Shown here: in pieces, positions 41,456 to 51,221 of the stretch
How the letters are laid out: the number at the start of each line of letters is the position of its first letter
How positions within the stretch are numbered: position 1 is the stretch's first letter
NCBI GenBank assembly: GCA_963755025.1
Contig: CAVWIH010000011.1
Span: 87,555-151,554 of the forward strand
Length of the DNA: 64,000 bases
Reading direction: 5' to 3'
DNA from: an uncultured Actinomycetes bacterium
Lineage (GTDB): Bacteria > Actinomycetota > Thermoleophilia > UBA2241
Notes under the pieces: model-generated
Database searches by the model: none
The model's input: the letters and a program-made list of their open reading frames with translations, nothing else
What the model was told of the DNA's origin: nothing
Position numbers and translations under genes: made by a program

Positions 41456-42010
41456 ATGGATCTCCAACATCTTCCCGAGCTCGGTCCCGGGGGCAAACGG
41501 TGGGTGGCCGACACTCTTCTCGAGGGTAGGTCCCTGGCACGACTCGTGCGGGAGACGGTCGACCTCGACCAGCTGAGCGTGTATGCGGTGGTAAGCGGTG
41601 CCGTGAGTTTCGAACAGCTGGAGCGGTCCCTCAGGGGAGGCCTACTCGCCCACCAAGTCGAACAGCCGGCAGAAGCGAAGCTCACCGGCGCCCTCTCAAG
41701 CTACGCGGGCCGCCATTTCGTTCTCGAACTGCCCATGGACAGTCCGTCCGACCGATGGCTCTCGTATCTCACCGGCGGCACACCGACGCGCATGACCTGC
41801 GGCGAGGACGTCTTTGCCGTGTGCCCCATCGGCGAAGATCGCGATCTCCTGCAGAACACCGTGCTCTATAGCGACGCTACTTGGGGTTATGACGCCTTTG
41901 TCGTCGACGGCCTGCCGCCCGATGAGATCGCGGATGCCCAACGAAGCTCTTCAGGGAAGGCACGATCTCGATTCGGGCAATCGTCGTGAGCGCCTTCGAC
42001 GGCGGGGGTG
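41456..42010 (+). pseudogene. Hypothetical protein, apparently cut by repeat D
   Basis: ORF to 41989; an alternative frame AIVVSAFDGG runs into the D repeat. Confidence 0.45.
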
Positions 42011-42128
42011 TGAAGGCGTCGGGCGTCCATCAATCTGGGCTGCGGGTGTGCGGGCACCGAGTCAGGAAGGCCGTCTCCGCGGCCGCAAAAGGTATCTTCG
42101 TCGCGCCCTGAGATAGTGGTGGCTATCG
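42010..42128 (+). repeat. Repeat D copy 1 (includes 5' half of Z)
   Basis: GTGAAGGCGTCGGGCGTCCATCAATCTGGGC...CCCTGAGATAGTGGTGGCTATCG, also at 54787-54910. Confidence 0.9.
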
Positions 42129-42263
42129 GTGGCCGTCGTGAGCGGGAGAGTCAGGAAAGAGGCGGCGAGGTTCGCCGGGTAGGCGGCGCGTGCGGTCGGC
42201 TCAGTTGCCCACTATCGCCCCCGTGTTACGCTGGCGCTGGCGTAGAGGCGATAGGAGTGGGCC

Positions 42264-42566
42264 GTGCCAACTGTGACACCGCCGGGAGTCCCCCTTTGGA
42301 AGCGGCTAGTCGGTCGTGCCTGTACAGGGGGCGCGCTGTTCTTCGCAATCTGGGCTACGGTCCACTGGCACCTCGGCCTTGCGTCGGTCGCCGGCCTCCT
42401 CATCGCCCTCGTCGTCGCGCTGTGGCTCGTTGTCGGACGGGCACTTGGATTCCCGATCGATTGGTGGTGGCGAGGTTGGAGCATTTTGCAGCCCCCCAAC
42501 ATGCCTTCGCCTCCAACTTCAGAACTTGACCCGACACAGCCGCCCGCACCCCCGGGTAGCTCATGA
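42264..42566 (+). CDS. Small membrane protein
   Basis: Two TM helices; RBS AGGAG. Confidence 0.5.
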   Translation: MPTVTPPGVPLWKRLVGRACTGGALFFAIWATVHWHLGLASVAGLLIALVVALWLVVGRALGFPIDWWWRGWSILQPPNMPSPPTSELDPTQPPAPPGSS

Positions 42567-42639
42567 GGGCCAGCCTCGCGAAGCTCGCCCTCGCCATCCT
42601 CCTTGTGGGCCAAGGAGCGCGAAGGGTCAGGTCGACGAG

Positions 42640-42918
42640 TTAGCCCTCGGTCAGCCCGCTCTTCATCAGGGCAACATGCGCGTCGTGGTACCACTCTCCG
42701 GGCACGCGGATGTGGAAGGGGCCGAAGCCTTCTTCGGGCACCTTCTTTGCTCGGAAGAATCCGCCCCTGAGCAGCGCGCCGCTGTAGGCCCTGGTGGGAC
42801 GTAGCGTCTGTTCCGGCCAAAACTCGACGTGCTGGATGCCCGCGTCCTTGAGCGCCGCGACGATCTGCTCGGCGAGCTTGTGGTCGTGCACGACGATGAG
42901 ATCGACTCCCTCGCCCAC
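42640..42918 (-). CDS. Hypothetical protein (DUF2007-like)
   Basis: AEQIVAALKDAGI..HIRVP..DA pattern. Confidence 0.5.
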   Translation of the reverse strand: MGEGVDLIVVHDHKLAEQIVAALKDAGIQHVEFWPEQTLRPTRAYSGALLRGGFFRAKKVPEEGFGPFHIRVPGEWYHDAHVALMKSGLTEG

Positions 42919-42924
42919 GGCTTT

Positions 42925-43155
42925 CTACCTCTCTAAGTCTTTCAGAAGCGCCTCAGCATCCGTAGCGTCCTCGCGACTGACGCGTATCCGTCCGCGGTAG
43001 TACAGATGCCCGGGCGACTCCCCATCGGCGACGAACGGGATGCCGGCACTTTGGAGGATGGACTTGGTGACCGCGACAAGTCCCGGATCGATTGAGACGA
43101 GGACGGTGACCAGCTCAAGCGGCGGCGGGGAATGCGACTCGTGTCTGGCTGACAC
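42925..43155 (-). CDS. DUF2007-like putative signal-transducing protein
   Basis: KSILQSAGIPF..IRVSREDATDAEALL; RBS GAGGAGG. Confidence 0.7.
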   Translation of the reverse strand: MSARHESHSPPPLELVTVLVSIDPGLVAVTKSILQSAGIPFVADGESPGHLYYRGRIRVSREDATDAEALLKDLER

Positions 43156-43220
43156 GCGGCCTCCTCAAGTGGGAGCACGACGGCACGCAGTGACGGAAGT
43201 CTATGCGAAGCCGGGGTACT

Positions 43221-43543
43221 GCCGCTGAGTGCCGTCAAGTGCCGTTCCATGCCGTCTGTAGCCGCTCCGTTCGGTTGCAGGAGGGTTGCAAGCGGGCTTT
43301 TGGGGGCCTTCTGAAGCAGGCGCAGATACACGAAACCCCTGCGTCTACGCCTGAAGAGGGTGGTAGCGCATACCGGATTCGAACCGGTGTTACCGCCGTG
43401 AGAGGGCATTGGTGTTGGTGTCAGGGAGTGCCGCCGAGCGCCCCAGAATGCCGTCGCACGCGTGAAGAAATGGGCACGACTGCCAGCGAGTGTCAGTGTG
43501 AGCCATGGTCAGCCGCGGCGCGCGGTTGCAGGAGGGTTGCAAG
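43221..43543 (-). other. attP-like site: tRNA-Glu(CTC) 3' half (43361-43407) flanked by arm-type direct repeats
   Basis: Minus strand GCCCTCTCACGGCGGTAACACCGGTTCGAATCCGGTATGCGCTACCA; CGGTTGCAGGAGGGTTGCAAG at 43272 and 43523. Confidence 0.85.
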
Positions 43544-44609
43544 GACGGCACGGCCGGAGACGGATGGTCGAGCATGGCCACGATACCCTTCACCCTGACG
43601 GACTGCGGCGATAGCGGAAGCGCGGCGCACTCGTCTGCCCGTGTCGCGCGGGGCACCGACATCTCGCCTCGACCCGTCGCAGCGCCGGGGCCTAAACCAG
43701 CCCAAAGTTAGGGGGATGTTGATCGAGCGCCCCACAGCCGACCGCGCTTTCAGGGCACGCTCGGCAGCTGATCGCCTTGACTGGCTGAGTCGAGCGAGAA
43801 GCAGCCGCCACCCATGCTTGGTGTCGGGACAGTCGACACGATGCCCGCGATTGTACTAGTAGCGAAGTCATTGTCCGAGCTGTTAGTGCTCGGAACCGGT
43901 GCCGAGGTGGCCGAACGGTCAGGGCCTGCGGTAGCTGTCGCCCCAGCACTGGCGACGGGCCGACGCTCGGCGTTGAACTCGGCAGGGGCGCAGCCTACGG
44001 GCCGTCCGAGGTTCCGAGAGAAGGTATATGATTCTTATAAGAGATTGCTCGTCAGGACCCTCGTGGTGTGGAGGTTGTTTTGCATAGCGCTTCTTGGCGG
44101 CTTGGCTACAGGCATGGAGTCTGCAACCGTTGGGAGAGCCTCTGCGGCGATCCTCTAGAGATCTTTCGCAAGGGAGTTCCGGCGGGTCGACCCTATGCGG
44201 TGACCTAATCGAGCCGTACGGTGGGATGGCGAACTTGAACACTCCGAACTCGTTGTTCAATCTGGGTCGGTACAAACGAGTCTCTTGGTCGCCCCTAGCT
44301 ACAAGGCGTTCGGTAGGACGCTACAGCTCCGCGTTGACCGGTACATCCGCGGCTTGGAGGAGGGGCTTGCGGCTTCTTTCGTCAAGAGAGTCGACGACGA
44401 CAAGCGACGACAGGATGAAATCGACTTAGTAGGACGCCAGAGCGAGGTCCGGCAGGGAGGGTCTTCGGGAGACGCGGTCGCGGCCGCCCCCCTGCTGCAA
44501 ATATCTTCGGAGGGCGCTTCGGCAAGTCCCGTGACTTGATCTTCCCCGTAAGCCTGTCGTCCGGGTCCGTAATGGAACCGGGTGGCCACATGGACCGAAA
44601 GAGGAAGGA

Positions 44610-45704
44610 ATGCCTGGCGCTGAAGTAGAGACACGCGATGCAAGACTCGACGCCTTGAAAGGCGTCGCAATCGTTCTCGTCCTGCTATGGCACCTGCAAC
44701 CCTTCGCCGGGCTGGGACGGTTCTGGCGTCTCACGTGGGTCTTTAACTGGCAGATATCGCTTCTCGGCGTGCCGGTTTTGTTTCTCGTTTCGCTCTACCT
44801 GTTCGATCGGCGCGCCTCCCGCGGCCCGTCATACGCCGCCAAGCGTTTGGGCCGTATCGGCGTACTTCTGGTCATTTGGGGAGTGCTGCAGAGTATCGCC
44901 TATGTGCTTATTGTGCACCGGCTGCCGGCAGTCCAGATCAGCCTCCTTTACATGGGTGGGCCGGCACTGCCTACCGTGGGAGACTCGGTCTTCTACTTTC
45001 TCTTTGACCTCTTGTTGCTCACCGGCGCGTCGTATCTCTACCTCCGCCTGCCCGCACGTGTTCGAGCACTCGTCGGGGTGACGGTCGTTATCGCGAGCCT
45101 CCTCTACTTCGAGGCATGCGCACTGGGGCTTTTAGGAGACATCCCGTACTTCAGCTTGCTGAACTTCGTGGTGTACATCCCGATTGCGGCCTGGCTTGCA
45201 AGTCACAGTCGTTCGTGCGTGCGTTTGCGCCTGCCCCTAGCCTGCGCATGGGTGGTGCTGCTTGTGCACGATGTAGTGCTGCGCGGCCCCATTCCGCACT
45301 CGCTGCAGCTGTCTTCTTTTTCCTACTACGGTCGCGACTCACTGGTGGCTGGCGCGACGCTACTGCTCGTAGCGACCCTCTCGGCGAAGCCACGTCCGAT
45401 GCCGGCGCTGGAGACCGTCGGTCGGTATTCCCTCGGTCTGTTTGCTGTCCACAAGTACGCCTGGTACGCAATCGCCACCGGGCTGGGGGGCTCGTTTCTC
45501 GCGGGGCACGCCAAGAGCGGCCCGATATTAGTGGCGGTACTGACGGTAGCGGTAAGCGCGGCGGTCGTCTGGCTCGTCCTACTGACTCCCCTTTACACGT
45601 TGGTGGGCGGGATCTCAAAGATGAAGTTTGGTGGCCGGGCCGGCTACGACGGACACGAAGGCACAGCTCTCGATGTGGAGTCGGATCCCCTCCCGCCATT
45701 CTGA
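44610..45704 (+). CDS. Acyltransferase-3 family membrane O-acyltransferase
   Basis: RLDALKGVAIVLVLLWH, VPVLFLVS, GRYSLGLFAVH. Confidence 0.88.
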   Translation: MPGAEVETRDARLDALKGVAIVLVLLWHLQPFAGLGRFWRLTWVFNWQISLLGVPVLFLVSLYLFDRRASRGPSYAAKRLGRIGVLLVIWGVLQSIAYVLIVHRLPAVQISLLYMGGPALPTVGDSVFYFLFDLLLLTGASYLYLRLPARVRALVGVTVVIASLLYFEACALGLLGDIPYFSLLNFVVYIPIAAWLASHSRSCVRLRLPLACAWVVLLVHDVVLRGPIPHSLQLSSFSYYGRDSLVAGATLLLVATLSAKPRPMPALETVGRYSLGLFAVHKYAWYAIATGLGGSFLAGHAKSGPILVAVLTVAVSAAVVWLVLLTPLYTLVGGISKMKFGGRAGYDGHEGTALDVESDPLPPF

Positions 45705-45780
45705 AGACGGTCCCCCGACCCCCAGGCGACATTTGGCAACTCGGTGGGGTTGAGACACTCTTAAAGGGCGTCCTTCCGGT

Positions 45781-46761
45781 TCACAAGTGAGCGGGCAGCC
45801 GATTGCCTTGACTGTTGGCGTCAAGCGTCCACACGGCGCGCTTGGCCGGCGTCTGTCCGGCGATGGTACTGCTCGAAAGGTCGTTGCCGGAGCAGTTCGT
45901 CCAGTAGCCCGCGTTCCAGGCGTTGCCCAAGACGAACTTGCACCCGGTCCACACCGAGTTGTTCATGCCGCCTGCCAGAATGAGCCGTGCTGCCGTGCGG
46001 TCGACGGCGACCGCCTGCTTGAGTTGCGAGAAATCGACCACGTCGTTGCGAAAGACCCAGCCGCAGTCTGCGACGTAGCAGTTGAGGTCGAGCCCGGCGT
46101 CGCGACAGGCGTAGATGGTCGTGCTTGTCACGGTGAAGCGAGTCGGGCCGTTGATCTCCAGCCCGTTGCCGTAGGGCTGGCGGGAGTCGCCGGCTCCTTC
46201 GACCACGCAGCCCTCGATCGTGCAGTCGCGGCACCCGGCGCCGCCGTCGTAGCTGATCGCCTCGGCCGCCTGCGGCTTGAAGGTGCAGTCCGTGAGGTCG
46301 ATGTGCGTATAGCCGACAGTGTCCGAGACGGGACGCTGCGTGCACTCAAATCCCATTCTGCCCTGCCCGGCGATGCGGCAGTGGACGAAGGTGACACGGT
46401 AGATGTCGCCGTGTGAAGCGTTGATCGTGATGCCGTTCCAGCCGCCGCCGGCGGCGACCGTGCAGTCGCGGAAGGTCAGGTCGTGGCAGGGCTGGTTGAG
46501 CGTGAGCACGGCAGTCGAAGCGTTCCCCCCGGTGAATGTGCAGCGCTCGTAGACCACGTTGTGGGTGCCGGCGGGTACCGTGTAGGTCGTGAAGGTGCGT
46601 CCGACTATGGCCGTGCCGGGGGCCGGCGGTGTAGACGACACACCAGGCGTGGCAGGTGGTGTGGCTGTGGGCGGCGGACTGCTGGAGTTTCGCGTGACCG
46701 CGAAGACTGTAACGCCTAAGGCTAGGAGTGCGAGCGCCACTGCTGTCCTTCGCCACGGCAT
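45781..46761 (-). CDS. Secreted right-handed beta-helix protein
   Basis: Signal peptide, P/T linker, repeated TFRDCT/IEGCVV strands. Confidence 0.7.
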   Translation of the reverse strand: MPWRRTAVALALLALGVTVFAVTRNSSSPPPTATPPATPGVSSTPPAPGTAIVGRTFTTYTVPAGTHNVVYERCTFTGGNASTAVLTLNQPCHDLTFRDCTVAAGGGWNGITINASHGDIYRVTFVHCRIAGQGRMGFECTQRPVSDTVGYTHIDLTDCTFKPQAAEAISYDGGAGCRDCTIEGCVVEGAGDSRQPYGNGLEINGPTRFTVTSTTIYACRDAGLDLNCYVADCGWVFRNDVVDFSQLKQAVAVDRTAARLILAGGMNNSVWTGCKFVLGNAWNAGYWTNCSGNDLSSSTIAGQTPAKRAVWTLDANSQGNRLPAHL

Positions 46762-46929
46762 CAGGCAGTCACGGTCATCGGCATGCACGATCTCGTGCCC
46801 ACCTTGCTATCGCGCCTTTCTCCGGCTCTTTTGGTCGGGCGTCACCACCACTGCCGGTACCGGGCCAACGAGCCAATTCGCTAAACGGCCGAGCCTGCAC
46901 TATGTTACCGCCTACACAGGCGTGGACTG

Positions 46930-47140
46930 GATGCCGCCGCAAGCGTGAGAGGATCGGTTCTAGCGCCGACGAGCGGGGTTCGTGCAACCCTCATGCAACC
47001 AGCCGTGCCGTGGACGACCCGCCCGAGGGATGGGGGGGTGCCCTCTGCTCCGTCACCTGTGCAACCGCTGAGTTGAGTGTGGTGGCACAGTGGTGCGAGT
47101 GCGAGAGTCCTCGGGCGGAATCCCCCTTCCCCCCTCTTGC
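46930..47140 (+). repeat. X + Y repeat copy
   Basis: AAGCGTGAGAGGATCGGT, TGCAACCCTCATGCAACC, CCGCTGAGTTG..GGTGGCAC, GAATCCCCCTTCCCCC. Confidence 0.85.
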
Positions 47141-47203
47141 CGCGCGGGAAGAGGGCCACGTTCCTCTGGGCCATGGAGACCCGCGCAAGCTTGAAAAGTT
47201 CCC

Positions 47204-47539
47204 TTAGGGCTCCTTGCCCTCCTCGTAGAACTCGCGTCGCTCCCGGGCCATCTCCCCCTCCATGGTCTTCAGCTTGGCCCGGACATCCTCGTTGCGGGTC
47301 TTGAGGAAGTCGTACAACGTCTGGCAGTCCGTCATCCAAAAGCCTGGCATCGGCTCATCGACGCGGATGCCAAGGCCTGCCCAGACCCCGGAACGACACC
47401 GCCGCCGCCACGTCGCATCGCTGATGGGGAAGAAGGCGAGGTGATTGTAGACGTATACGGCCTCGGTCACGGTCAGCCAGCGTGTCCCCTGGTCGTCGTA
47501 GTACCCCCGTGTTTTCGTCAGGACCTTCAGCGGCGCCAT
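47204..47539 (-). CDS. HTH/excisionase-like hypothetical protein
   Basis: WLTVTEA..ISDATWRRRCRSG; RBS AAGGAG; AT-rich upstream region. Confidence 0.6.
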   Translation of the reverse strand: MAPLKVLTKTRGYYDDQGTRWLTVTEAVYVYNHLAFFPISDATWRRRCRSGVWAGLGIRVDEPMPGFWMTDCQTLYDFLKTRNEDVRAKLKTMEGEMARERREFYEEGKEP

Positions 47540-48676
47540 GACGTCTCCTTAGTCGCCCGATTGTAAGCATAGCGTTAATCCGGTGTGGCTGGGTTGGACT
47601 CGAGAGCCTGTAAGCATGATAATTGTCACGAGATGACACTATGATTAGTCTTGACATTTCTCACAATATCTCGATTAAGATACGGCTAGGTGTCCCACCA
47701 ACATCGCCGCCGGGCGGGAGTGTTCATGCCAGGCGGACTGAGTGCGATCGCCAGCAGACCGCCCTGCTCTTCGACCCACCTTCACACTCCGATCGGGTCG
47801 GTCTCCGTCGGCGACTGAGCGTCGGTCCGCGAATGGGACAGCTACGTGAACTGGCGATACGGCAGTCGAGGTGACGGAGTCCCCCGGTATCGTCTCGTCG
47901 CGGGTGCCGCCCAGACCGAGCTGTCGGTTTCGGTTGTCGCCCCGCCTCGCCGGCTTACGGCTCGTAGCAGGCGATGCCACACAGGAAGTCGTCCGACTTG
48001 CCGAGAGGCGTGACTACCGTCCAAGTCTTGCCGCCGTTGACGGTGGCCAGCATGGCCAGATGACCGATCAGCGCGAAGCCGTGGGTGGCGTCGCTGAAGG
48101 CCACCGCGTCGAGGACATCGTCGTTACCACTACGTTGCCGCACCCAAGTGGCGCCGCCGTTATTGGTCGCAAGAATGAGTCCGCCGGTACCGACGGCCCA
48201 GCCGTGTCGCGCATCGGGGAAGGCCACATCCTCGAGCAATCCCGGGGCGTTTGCCACCTGGGTCGTCCAGTGGCCTCCGCCATCACTCGTGGCGATCTCG
48301 CCAGGCTGCGAAACGCCGCGACTCGCCATGCCGACGAGCCAGCAATGGTGGGCGTCGCTGGTGGCGAGTCGCCGCAGCGTGAGGTCGGGTGCGATGTGTC
48401 GTAGGCGCCAATGGCGTCCGCCATCGGCAGTCGAGTAGACGAGGATCCCGTCATGCCGTAGCTGTCGGCGACCGCCCAGCCGTGCCGGGCGTCGCTGAAG
48501 GCGATGGCAGACAGCTCCCCCCGTGTGGTCACATGCTCTTCGTGCCAGCTCTTGCCGCCGTCGCTCGTCGCCATCAGCAGCGAGGTCTGCAGCCCTACGC
48601 CGGGGCGTTCGCCAAGCGCCCACACGTGTCTGGCGTCGGTCGCCACGACATCCCTTGTGCTGGCTATCGCGCCTAG

Positions 48677-49665
48677 ATGATTGATTCCACGCCCACAGCC
48701 TCAGGCGCAGTAGTCGACCAGGGCGCGGCTCGGCCGTCCCAGCCGGTGGTTGAGGCTGATGCAGACCGCCAGGCAGCAGAAGCGTTGCAGGATACGCTCG
48801 CGTAGCCCCGCCATGGTGCGTGCCCCGTGGCGCTCCAGGGTGAGCAGATCCTTGGCCGTCCAGAAGATCGACTCGATGCGCTGGCGGATGGGCGCCAGGT
48901 ACGGGCCGGCTGCGGTCTCGTCCTTGCGCGCAGGGTCGCACCACGAGCACGCCGCGCTCGGCGGCCCCGCGAGCGAAGTCGCGCCCGGCGTAGCCCTTGT
49001 CGCACAGAAGGACTTCACCGCCGCGCGCCGCGCGTCGCAGCAGCTCGAGGGCCACCTCACGTTCGCCGCGGCGGGATCGGCCAGCGTAAAGGCCCGCGGG
49101 GTACCATCGGGAGCGGCCAGCAGGTGCAGGCGAAAGCCCCAGTACCAGCGCGAGTGGGCGGCACAGTAGCCGTAGCCGGCGGCCTCGCCGAGGGCCGAGC
49201 GCTTGGCCGTCTCGCGGCTGGCGGCGCAGGGCACCGGGGTCGAGTCGCACAGCAGAAGGTCGTCATGTGAAGCCCGGGCTTCTGCTGGCGAAGACGCGCC
49301 ATGAGCCACTCGATCGCGTCGGCCAGACGGCGGCGGCGTTTGTGATAGCCGGCCTGGCTGGGCAGTCGCGGGAACAGATGGACGAGGCGCTTGCGGGCCA
49401 TCGGCCAGGAAGCGGCGGTCGGAGGGGATGCCCATGATCGCCTGGGCGACGCAGAGGGTGACGACCTCGGCGTCGCTGACGCGGCGGCGGGCGTTACGCC
49501 GTGCCTCTGGCAGAAGATCGTCGGCTGTGCAATAAACCACGGTGCAGAGAGTGTCGAGGTCGGCGTCCATCGTGGCCTCCGGGCAGACGGTGACTTAGGC
49601 ACCGTCGGCTTCGGCCTCTCTGCTTCTGCTTTCCTTGCCGAGGCGAATCTCGTGGAATCAATCAT
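48677..49665 (-). mobile_element. IS982-family insertion sequence
   Basis: TIR ATGATTGATTCCACG / CGTGGAATCAATCAT; CTAG on both sides. Confidence 0.92.
48701..49570 (-). CDS. IS982 transposase (frameshifted)
   Basis: MDADLDTL, SDAEVVTL, DSTP, YWGFRLH, CDKGY, RQRIESIF. Confidence 0.9.
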   Translation of the reverse strand: MDADLDTLCTVVYCTADDLLPEARRNARRRVSDAEVVTLCVAQAIMGIPSDRRFLADGPQAPRPSVPATAQPGRLSQTPPPSGRRDRVAHGASSPAEARASHDDLLLCDSTPVPCAASRETAKRSALGEAAGYGYCAAHSRWYWGFRLHLLAAPDGTPRAFTLADPAAANVRWPSSCCDARRAAVKSFCATRATPGATSLAGPPSAACSWCDPARKDETAAGPYLAPIRQRIESIFWTAKDLLTLERHGARTMAGLRERILQRFCCLAVCISLNHRLGRPSRALVDYCA

Positions 49666-50033
49666 CTAGGTGGCGGGGCTGCCAGGTCACGCCGCCGTCA
49701 ATCGTCACAAGCAGCGTCATCTCCGCGCGAGCCCCCAACGTCCGGTCGGCCGCCCAACCGTGTTTGGCATCACCGAAGGCGACGTTCCACAGTAGCGGCA
49801 TCGACGTGATCGGCTCGCGGTGCCGCACCGTCCACGTCGCGCCGCCGTCATGGCTTGCCAACACGATGTTTTCGATGCCCACGCCCCAGACCGTCGCGCC
49901 AGGCCGTGCGGGTAGCGGCGGACCCGGCGTAAAGACCGGCTCCGGGCTGCCCGCGTTTTGAGCGCAGCCGGCGAGCGCGAGACAGGCCGCCAGCAAGATC
50001 ACGGCGAGCGAGATGTAACGAAGCAGCCTGGCC

Positions 50034-50346
50034 GACCGGTTGGGCCTGGACGCCGTCTACATCCAAGCCAAGCGCTGGGAAGGCAGTGTCGGCGGCCCGG
50101 TCGTCCAAGCCTTCGCAGGTTCACTCATGGGTCAGAAGGCCAGCAAAGGCGTGATGATCACCACCTCCTACTACACCAAGGATGCACAGGCCTACGTCGA
50201 GAAGATCGAGAAGAAGATCGTGCTGATCGACGGGCCTCGCTTGGCCGAGTTGATGATGGATTTTGGCATCGGCGTGACCGAGGTGGCGAGCTACTTCGAT
50301 CAAGCGCCTCGACAGCGACTACTTCGAGGCCGACGCGGTCCAGTAG
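50034..50346 (+). pseudogene. mrr: Mrr restriction endonuclease C-terminal fragment
   Basis: DRLGLDAVYIQAKRW, KGVMITTS, LIDG..L..LMMDFGIGV; N-terminus missing. Confidence 0.85.
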
Positions 50347-50354
50347 CTCGGCGA

Positions 50355-50873
50355 TCAGACGCTGTAGCCCAGCAGCTGGCCCCCGACGATGTCTTGCGAG
50401 ATGATGCCGATGAACACCTCACCGACGTCTGTCGGGCCGGGTCCCATGATCTCCAGCAGCCCGTGCCGGGCGAAGACCCGTAGCACGTGGTCGACGACCA
50501 GCCTGGGGTAGCCCAGTGCGGCGACCAGCTTCAGGTTGGTGATGTCCGGCGTCTCCTTGATGAGGTACTCGGCCAGCTTGCGGCGCACGCCCAGCTGTTC
50601 TTGCGGGTAGCTCGGCCGGCAGGCCTGCATGTAGCAATCGAGGCCGACGTCGGTGAGGTTGCCTGCCGAGAACGAGCCGATGCCGTCACCCTGCAGCTCG
50701 ACGATGCGCTTCTCGACCAATGTGGCCATGGCCCCGGCGGTCTCCTCGCGGGAGAGACTGAGCTGCGCGCGGACGCGATGGACATCGACCGGTCCGAAGA
50801 ACCAGGTGTTGAGCTCGACGGCGCGGTCTCCGAGGCCGCGCAGAAGCGCCGACATCTGTTCATCGGGTGTCAT
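50355..50873 (-). CDS. Hypothetical protein, possibly winged-helix
   Basis: 172-aa ORF with good codon bias. Confidence 0.55.
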   Translation of the reverse strand: MTPDEQMSALLRGLGDRAVELNTWFFGPVDVHRVRAQLSLSREETAGAMATLVEKRIVELQGDGIGSFSAGNLTDVGLDCYMQACRPSYPQEQLGVRRKLAEYLIKETPDITNLKLVAALGYPRLVVDHVLRVFARHGLLEIMGPGPTDVGEVFIGIISQDIVGGQLLGYSV

Positions 50874-50878
50874 CGGCC

Positions 50879-51172
50879 TCAGCCCCTGGTGCCCTTCGAT
50901 CGGTAACGCTGCGTCGAGCGATGCTGGCCCAGAGCCTTGCAGGCGCGCCGCTCGGAGATGCCCAGCTTCCCTTGTGCGGCCACCACGGTTCCGCGAAAGT
51001 CGGCCCGGCCGGACAGTCTGGCATGCGCGGCATCCTGCAACTTGGCCTTCTCGCTGGTCAGTTTGGCGACCTCCCGGCGCAGCCGCGTGTTCTCGCGTCG
51101 TAGTTCGGCGACGCGTTCGGCCAGGGGTAGCCGGCCTGCGGTCCCCTTCGAGGGTTTACGTCCCAGTGTCAT
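50879..51172 (-). pseudogene. IS3-family transposase remnant (OrfA/OrfB junction)
   Basis: LRRENTRLRREVAKL..EK followed by ISERRACKALGQHRSTQRY. Confidence 0.7.
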
Positions 51173-51221
51173 GACCCAATCTCCTGATTCTTCTGGGTCG
51201 CGGCCGTGACGGCCGCCAGTT

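Larger units (their letters stand above)
47955..50030 (-). pseudogene. YCF48/BNR-repeat lipoprotein interrupted by IS982
   Basis: LAGC lipobox and repeated T.DGG.TW; frame restored across CTAG when the IS is removed (PRHLGAIAST). Confidence 0.8.

Noticed and set aside
31722-42128. CRISPR array or classical integron
   Set aside because: Repeats are long, divergent and irregularly spaced; no cas genes, no IntI-type integrase, no clear attC R boxes
43361-43407. Functional tRNA-Glu (and tRNA-Phe at 15605)
   Set aside because: The 5' acceptor strand and D-arm are missing, so these are att remnants only
43675-43710. c-di-GMP-I riboswitch suggested by GGCCTAAACC
   Set aside because: The upstream GCAAAC/GAAA/GCAAAG elements are absent
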